DNA of 34,456 nucleotides from Chlamydiales bacterium (GTDB lineage Bacteria; Chlamydiota; Chlamydiia; Chlamydiales; JBDQID01): NCBI GenBank assembly GCA_047611865.1, contig JBLFWS010000016.1, positions 1 to 34,456 of the forward strand, read 5' to 3'. Shown piece by piece: positions 28,434 to 34,456 of this stretch (position 1 is its first letter; each line of letters starts with the position of its first letter). The notes under the pieces were generated by a model. It saw only the letters and a program-made list of their open reading frames with translations, ran no database searches and was not told where the DNA came from. The position numbers and the translations under genes were made by a program.

Positions 28434-28673
28434 ATGATTGAAAATGAAAGAGTGAATCAGAGTCACGAGATAGTTAAGGATGAGAGAAAAGATTGGAAGC
28501 AGATGATCTGTTCTGAAAAGTGGAACAGCACTGGAATTGTACTTGTTGGGAGAAAGGGTATTCCCTTGCTTGCTACAGATACGTTTTGTAAGAGTATATT
28601 TACTTCTTGTGGCGTTTTTTTTGGAAAAAAGAAATCCAAAGAAGCATTAAGGGGGTGGTACACAAGTTGTTGA
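28434..28673 (+). CDS. short hypothetical protein or gene fragment
   Basis: 79-aa ORF with GGGAGAG SD; no motif. Confidence 0.35.
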   Translation: MIENERVNQSHEIVKDERKDWKQMICSEKWNSTGIVLVGRKGIPLLATDTFCKSIFTSCGVFFGKKKSKEALRGWYTSC

Positions 28674-28774
28674 AATGCAGTAATTTGACGTGTAAATAGG
28701 ATGAGGGATTGACCATAATCATTAATCTGCTATTTTGGGCCCATTTACGAACTAGAAAACCCTCGGAGAATACC

Positions 28775-29245
28775 ATGACGCTAGATATAAGAGGTTCTTT
28801 TGCTGGAGATAGTCTGCAAAATATTCATTTACCTGATCAGGAGATGGGCCTTATGACTGAAACTTGTCCAAGTGAGGAACAAATTGGATCCTGGAAGAAA
28901 ACCAAGCGAAAAGTTCTTAAGCTAGCTTTGCCAACTGTAGCTGTTTGTGGAACTATTGCTTTGGGTTTATGGTATGCAACTAGCCGTATAGAGGGGCACT
29001 TGTCCGGAATGCAAGGCCATTTTGACGGTGTCATAGGGTCAAGTACTACTGGAGCTATTGAGTCTACACAGAGGGATTTGAAGCGGTGGATAGAAGAAGA
29101 GCTTACTGAGGGAGCTCCAATGGCTTTGGGATTGGTGAATCAAATTGTTAATGGCATCGTCACGCAGGTCAATGCTAACATAAATGCTTCGATGAATGCT
29201 CTTGGAGATAAAATAATTGCAAATTGTAGGCCGGATATCTACTAA
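28775..29245 (+). CDS. hypothetical single-pass membrane protein
   Basis: GGAG before ATG 28775; TM segment LALPTVAVCGTIALGLWYA after a basic patch. Confidence 0.65.
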   Translation: MTLDIRGSFAGDSLQNIHLPDQEMGLMTETCPSEEQIGSWKKTKRKVLKLALPTVAVCGTIALGLWYATSRIEGHLSGMQGHFDGVIGSSTTGAIESTQRDLKRWIEEELTEGAPMALGLVNQIVNGIVTQVNANINASMNALGDKIIANCRPDIY

Positions 29246-29271
29246 TAGCCTGATTTTTTTGGGAGGGTATT

Positions 29272-30027
29272 ATGACAATAGATTCAAAACGTCCTTTTTC
29301 ACAGTTAATGAATTTGGAAGACTGTTGCTGTGGCCCAAAGGATATGATGCAGCTATCTTTTTTAGATAATCTAGACCTTTCAGGACTGAGAGATTTGTCT
29401 AAGACATCTCAGAAGATGAATGATTTTGTACTCGAATATCTCGAAAAGACCACGGGGCATGTGCATCCTCAGATGCAAGGGCTAAGAAATTTATTTAGAA
29501 CCTCCCCAATAGCCAATAGACCCATTGGAGTATACTTGGAGGCTGCCCATGAACTTTGTGAACAGTACGACTCTTTGAGGGCACGGGGATGTCGTTTAGC
29601 TCTTATCAGGGAGGATAGTATACTGCTTAGATGTGAACAGATCCGTAATTATCTTTGTGCTTTTCAAATCCCTTCTATGAAGGGACAGTATTTAGAGGAT
29701 GTCGTTGGTTCCGGTTTTACAGTCTTAGCTTATGCATTCCTGGAATCGGGAGGGATTCTAGAAGAGGCCAGAGGGAAAGCTATAAAGTTAGCCGCGAGAA
29801 GAGGAAACCTTGAGCTTGTAAGGATGATTTATCAGTCAGGTCCTATAACTGGTATAAATTTAGGGAGGGCTCTTAAATATGCAGCATCAAATACTCAACT
29901 TAAGGTTCTTCAATATTTCCTAGATCAAGGGGCAAGTCCTTTGTATATCAATGAAGCCATTCGATTTGCCGAGGAAAATGGGCATGTGGAAGTTCTAAGG
30001 ATTTTAAACAGGGATACCCTTTCTTAA
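29272..30027 (+). CDS. F-box-like/ankyrin-repeat protein
   Basis: PKDMMQLSFLDNLDLSGLRDLSKTS (F-box-like); AARRGNLELVRMI, AASNTQLKVLQYFL, AEENGHVEVLRIL (ankyrin); GGGAGG SD. Confidence 0.8.
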   Translation: MTIDSKRPFSQLMNLEDCCCGPKDMMQLSFLDNLDLSGLRDLSKTSQKMNDFVLEYLEKTTGHVHPQMQGLRNLFRTSPIANRPIGVYLEAAHELCEQYDSLRARGCRLALIREDSILLRCEQIRNYLCAFQIPSMKGQYLEDVVGSGFTVLAYAFLESGGILEEARGKAIKLAARRGNLELVRMIYQSGPITGINLGRALKYAASNTQLKVLQYFLDQGASPLYINEAIRFAEENGHVEVLRILNRDTLS

Positions 30028-30045
30028 ATCCTGGTCTGCGGTGCT

Positions 30046-31185
30046 TTACCCTCCCTGTGGTCCGAGTAAATCGTTGATGAGGCGGTTGAAATATTTTGCG
30101 TCTCTCACCCAGTGCTCCATATGCTCTTTTTGTGAGGATTCATCGCCTTTCTTCAATGCTTCTTTTGCGAGTAGTAAAAGTCTTGGCCCTCTTTGGAATG
30201 GTTGAGAGGCATAGAATTGGAGCGTTTTCCCTTCAGGAAGTGTGTTATGGAAGTTGTTGAACACCTCTTTATAGCCTTTCTTTAGGCTGTTATTTTCGAT
30301 TTTATTGACGAAGTTTATGAATGTAGTATAGGCAATATTATATTCAGCTTGATCTGAAGCACTTGTTTTATGCAATAAGTTATAAGCTTTTGAAATATCC
30401 TCAAAAGAGTTTTTTTGGATTAGTTCTAGGCGTTTTTTGGAGGCAAAAACTATTTTATTAAGCTTCAACGAAAAATCATCTATTTCTATGAGTGATTTTT
30501 TAAAGCGCCGCATTTTTGGGGATATGAGGCAAGAAGCATAGCGGTTGCTTTTTGCTGTTAATTGATGGGCAGAGGCCATAACAGACCCTTCTACTTGTTC
30601 GAGAACCTTTGAAAGGCACGTAATATTTTCCAAATAAGTTTTTTCAGTTTCTCTTAACTCAGATATTACATTGGCAATGTGGAGAGATTTTTTTTCATCA
30701 GAGATGAAAGAGTCAGCCTTTCTAAGATTCTCTTTTAAAATTTCAATTTGTTTTTTGTTGGATGGAGTGCCATTATCGTGATCTTTTCTGAGCTGAAGAC
30801 GATCTTTCATCAATTGGATTTTCTGCGTCAGATCATAAATTTCATTTTTTGTTTCTTTAGCAGTAGGGAGAAGGGAGAGGTCTTGTATCTTTTTTTCTAT
30901 GTGTTGAACCTCTTCCGTAAAGGGTTTATCTTTTATTAAATAGGGCTTGGAAGGTTCAAATTTTGCGGAACAGGGGATGACAGGTCCAAATATGCTGAAA
31001 AAACTCCATAGATGAATTGATAGATTTGTTTTTGATATAAGGTAGGGGGTATTTTTTATTGTTTCCCAAATGTTTGAGAGAAAATACGTATCATTAACGG
31101 AATTACTCTTGTCTTTTTCCTCCCATTTTTTTGTGCTATAGTCCTCAGAGGAGCTACTCGGCACAGAAAATGGAATACCAAACAT
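30046..31185 (-). CDS. Dbl-homology (RhoGEF DH) domain-like protein
   Basis: CR1-like NVISELRETEKTYLENI and CR3-like LQFYASQPFQRGPRLLLLAKEALK. Confidence 0.75.
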   Translation of the reverse strand: MFGIPFSVPSSSSEDYSTKKWEEKDKSNSVNDTYFLSNIWETIKNTPYLISKTNLSIHLWSFFSIFGPVIPCSAKFEPSKPYLIKDKPFTEEVQHIEKKIQDLSLLPTAKETKNEIYDLTQKIQLMKDRLQLRKDHDNGTPSNKKQIEILKENLRKADSFISDEKKSLHIANVISELRETEKTYLENITCLSKVLEQVEGSVMASAHQLTAKSNRYASCLISPKMRRFKKSLIEIDDFSLKLNKIVFASKKRLELIQKNSFEDISKAYNLLHKTSASDQAEYNIAYTTFINFVNKIENNSLKKGYKEVFNNFHNTLPEGKTLQFYASQPFQRGPRLLLLAKEALKKGDESSQKEHMEHWVRDAKYFNRLINDLLGPQGG

Positions 31186-31341
31186 GTAGATGACCTTTTG
31201 TGATGGTGTAGAATGTCAACCATCTCTTCCTTCTGTAAATTGATTTTACGTACTCAAATTAAAGGAGGCATAAAGATTATTTAAAGACTGTGCAAAGGGA
31301 ATCTAAAAACAAACGATAGAAATTCAAGATAGTTCTTCTAC

Positions 31342-31863
31342 TTACCTTCTTTGATCAATACTTAAATGGCTGTTTTCAAGGCTAGAACTGTAGTTGCAAC
31401 TCTTACTGAGTTCCTGGGAGGTTGAGAGAAGCTTAGTTTGAAAGTAGCTAACTTTATATTCGCTCCAGGATAGATCTGAGTAAACATTTGAGGAGAACTG
31501 GATTTTATTATTGTCAGAAAAATTAAGGCCGGTTCGTTTTGATAAATTTGTATAGAAACTTTTGGGCATTTTTTCTGGCAAACCAGCAGAATCTTCTGAG
31601 ACAAATTTATCGAAGATTTTTTTTTCTTTAGTATTTAGAATAGAGCCTGCGACGATAACTTTAAACAACGTACCAAGTTTTACCGCTCTAAAATATCGAA
31701 TGGGAATTCCCTCACACATTATGATGTGAGGGATTCTATTATAGCCAACGGCGCTGATCCACATTGCTTTAGTGACGTCTTCTCCGGACTTGCTGTAATA
31801 TTCCAGCATATAGGAGCAGGTCTTTTCAAGAGGTGGGTGAGACTCTGTTACAAAGGAAGACAA
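31342..31863 (-). CDS. hypothetical protein
   Basis: 173-aa ORF with TTG start behind GGAGGTG, 23 bp downstream of glnS. Confidence 0.6.
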   Translation of the reverse strand: MSSFVTESHPPLEKTCSYMLEYYSKSGEDVTKAMWISAVGYNRIPHIIMCEGIPIRYFRAVKLGTLFKVIVAGSILNTKEKKIFDKFVSEDSAGLPEKMPKSFYTNLSKRTGLNFSDNNKIQFSSNVYSDLSWSEYKVSYFQTKLLSTSQELSKSCNYSSSLENSHLSIDQRR

Positions 31864-31886
31864 ATCACCTCCAACGCGCTAATTAT

Positions 31887-34217
31887 TTAATTCAATTTTT
31901 TAGCCAGTAATTGGTTGACTAGCTGGGGATTCGCTTTTCCACCTGTTACTTTCATTACCTGTCCTACAAAAAATCCAATACGGTTGCTACGTCCCGCTCT
32001 GATTTGTTCTACGACATCGGGGTTTTCAGCAATTAGAGTATCAATAATTGGTTCTAACTCTTCTACTCCACTGATTTGTTTAAGACCCTTTTCCTCAATA
32101 ATGCTTTTGGGGGATTTCTTTGAAGAAATCATTTCGTTAAAAACGTCTTTGGCAATCTTTGTGGAGATGGTTTTTTCATCAATACATTTTACCAGTTGAG
32201 CCAGGTTTTCAGGAGTGACAGGAGGGGTGTCTTCCGTATGGTCTTTTAACTCTCGTAGTAATTCATTGATTAACCAGTTGGCAATTCCTTTGGGATTGTT
32301 GTAGCTTTCAACAGCTGAATCAAAATATCCCGAAAGGAGTTTGTCCTGTGCTAGCAGGACGGCGTAATCTTTTGGTAGGTTGAGCTCATCTTGGTATCGA
32401 AGGGAAATAGCTTCTTGCTTTTCTGAGAGCTTAACATCAGGTCGCTCAACAGCATTAGCTTTTTCAACAGTTTTGACATTCTGTTTTTTGGGGGGAGGGC
32501 TTTTTATTTCCTCATCTTTTTTAGGTATAGCCTTTTTGCCCCATGAGTCTTTGAGAGGAACAATGCGATTAAACACGAGTTTTTCTGGAGAGGAATCTTT
32601 TAGATCTGTCACAAAGAATCCGTGTCTTTCGAATTGAAAGTGAGTTTCTTTGGGCGTCCCCTTTACACTGGGCTCAATCAAGGCATTGGGATAGGTTTCG
32701 AGAGAGTGTGGATTTAAATAAGAGAGGAAATCCTCGTGTTCACCAACTCCTGGGTTCTCTACGGTGAACAAGCGGTCGTATAAGCGAACTTCAGCAGGGA
32801 TGGCATGTACAGCGGAAACCCACTGTATGGTTCCTTTTATACGTCGACCATCAGAGGGGTTTTCACCGACAGGGGTATCTTCGTCATAGGTACATCTTAG
32901 TTCGATAGTTTGTCCATTCTCATCTTTGATGGCTTCGTCACATCGTATGACATAAGAGTAACGAAGTCGTACTTCTTTGCCCGGGGAGAGACGGAAAAAT
33001 CCTTTTGGAGGATTTTCTGCAAAATCTTCTTCTTCGATATAAATTTCTCTTCCAAAAGGAAGATTTCTGGATCCTTCTTTAGGGACATCCTCAGGATAGT
33101 AAGGGGCGTTTAGTTCCAGACTTTTATTTTCGGGGAAATTAGTGATAACGACTTTTAGCGGTTTCAAGACGGCTAACACTCGTGGTGCTTTGAAGTTGAG
33201 GTCATCACGAATGGTATATTCCAGTTGTGCCATGTCTACGACACTATTGGCTTTGGCGATGCCAACGCTTGCGCAGAAGTTTCTAATAGCCTCAGGAGTA
33301 TAACCTCTTCGACGTAGCCCTGCAATAGTAAGAATCCTGGGGTCGTCCCAACCATCGACATAATTGCCTTCTACCAGATCAAGAATTTTTCTTTTGCTCA
33401 TGATTGTGTAATTAACATTCAGACGGGCAAATTCGTATTGCTTAGGCTTTTCGGGCATGTCCAGTTCATTGATAATCCAGTCGTATAACTCTCTGTTATT
33501 TTCAAATTCCAGTGTACATATGGAGTGTGTGACACCTTCAAAAGAGTCTGAGAGGCAGTGGGTGTAATCGTAGAGAGGGTAAATACACCACTTGTCACCT
33601 GTGATGTGATGAGAGGTGTGTCGTATGCGATATAGCAAGGGGTCGCGCATTTTCATGTTGGCGGAGGCCATATCAATCTTGGCTCGGAGTACATGTGCTC
33701 CATCTTTAAATTCACGAGCTCTCATTCTTGAGAAAAGGTCGAGGTTTTCTTCTACGCTGCGATTGCGGAAGGGGCTATTTCTCCCGGCTTCTGTTACGGT
33801 TCCTCTGTATTCTCTAATTTCTTCCAGGCTTTGACTGCAAACGTAGGCTTTCCCGTCTTTGATGAGTTGTATGGCCAATTCGTAGAGTTTTTCGAAGTAG
33901 TCTGAGGAATGATATAGATGTTCTCCCCAGCTGAAGCCTAGCCATTGAACGGCATCTTTTATGGATTCTACGTAGACAGTATCTTCTTTTACAGGATCTG
34001 TGTCGTCAAAACGGAGGTGGCAGGCACCGTTGTATTCTTTTGCGAGACCAAAATTGAGGCATATGGATTTGGCATGACCAATATGAAGATAACCATTGGG
34101 TTCAGGGGGAAAGCGAGTAACGACTTTACCACCGTGTTTGTTGGTGCGTAAGTCTTCGTTGATAATATTTCGAATAAAGTCTGTAGGTTTACTTTCGGTG
34201 GTATTACTGGAGGTCAC
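31887..34217 (-). CDS. glnS: glutamine--tRNA ligase with C-terminal GatB/YqeY domain
   Basis: TRFPPEPNGYLHIGH, CTLEF, MSKRK, GWDDPR, FQFERHG; C-terminal ANWLINEL, IIEEKGLKQIS, GFFVGQVMK.TGGKANP. Confidence 0.97.
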   Translation of the reverse strand: MTSSNTTESKPTDFIRNIINEDLRTNKHGGKVVTRFPPEPNGYLHIGHAKSICLNFGLAKEYNGACHLRFDDTDPVKEDTVYVESIKDAVQWLGFSWGEHLYHSSDYFEKLYELAIQLIKDGKAYVCSQSLEEIREYRGTVTEAGRNSPFRNRSVEENLDLFSRMRAREFKDGAHVLRAKIDMASANMKMRDPLLYRIRHTSHHITGDKWCIYPLYDYTHCLSDSFEGVTHSICTLEFENNRELYDWIINELDMPEKPKQYEFARLNVNYTIMSKRKILDLVEGNYVDGWDDPRILTIAGLRRRGYTPEAIRNFCASVGIAKANSVVDMAQLEYTIRDDLNFKAPRVLAVLKPLKVVITNFPENKSLELNAPYYPEDVPKEGSRNLPFGREIYIEEEDFAENPPKGFFRLSPGKEVRLRYSYVIRCDEAIKDENGQTIELRCTYDEDTPVGENPSDGRRIKGTIQWVSAVHAIPAEVRLYDRLFTVENPGVGEHEDFLSYLNPHSLETYPNALIEPSVKGTPKETHFQFERHGFFVTDLKDSSPEKLVFNRIVPLKDSWGKKAIPKKDEEIKSPPPKKQNVKTVEKANAVERPDVKLSEKQEAISLRYQDELNLPKDYAVLLAQDKLLSGYFDSAVESYNNPKGIANWLINELLRELKDHTEDTPPVTPENLAQLVKCIDEKTISTKIAKDVFNEMISSKKSPKSIIEEKGLKQISGVEELEPIIDTLIAENPDVVEQIRAGRSNRIGFFVGQVMKVTGGKANPQLVNQLLAKKLN

Positions 34218-34321
34218 GACATCTTCCTTATTTGTTTGACTAGCTCAAGCTATAATAACAAGCTTGTAAATTATTGGGTAATAAAGATTAGGGTTTTATC
34301 TATGAAGAGAAAGATCCTGAT

Positions 34322-34456
34322 TTAAGCTGCTAGCCCAAAGCAGGAGTAGCGTGCCTTTTTACCTACAGTTCTTAATTCCTTCTGTAATATTTGAAAATTT
34401 GTTTTGAGTTCATCTAGGGCGTAGCATGCAGAGCCTATGGTCCTGGCAAAAATATG
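34322..34456 (-). CDS. 3' end of a truncated CDS (hypothetical)
   Basis: Minus frame is open from the window edge (HIFARTIGSACYALDELKTNFQILQKELRTVGKKARYSCFGLAA) to TAA. Confidence 0.45.
   Translation of the reverse strand, partial: HIFARTIGSACYALDELKTNFQILQKELRTVGKKARYSCFGLAA

Overview
AT-rich bacterial window. Its gene content suggests a host-associated intracellular bacterium, most plausibly an environmental Chlamydiota member (inference only; no marker gene is present). Housekeeping and metabolic genes: an FAD oxidoreductase, ppc, a DUF445 protein, an Nramp-type transporter, thiC under a TPP riboswitch, and glnS-YqeY. These are interleaved with many eukaryote-like, effector-type genes: an AGC-type kinase, an NSF/Sec18-like AAA ATPase, a cathepsin-L pseudogene, four F-box-like proteins, a U-box protein, a Dbl-homology RhoGEF-like protein, a TPR pseudogene and an Inc-like protein. 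Three things stand out. (1) A single-ring NSF mimic with about four tandem N-domain repeats and a C-terminal HbYX tail just behind a C14 tract. (2) An NrtR-controlled divergon with two operator palindromes, in which both a YjjX-like/APRT fusion and PRPP synthetase carry signal-peptide-like N-termini, next to a YhhQ-type transporter. (3) A modular, nested set of non-autonomous palindromic elements (7 elements, 4 terminal-repeat types) that share internal cores across different termini and overlap stop codons. No rRNA, tRNA, CRISPR array or transposase was seen. All family calls come from motif recognition by eye, not database searches.
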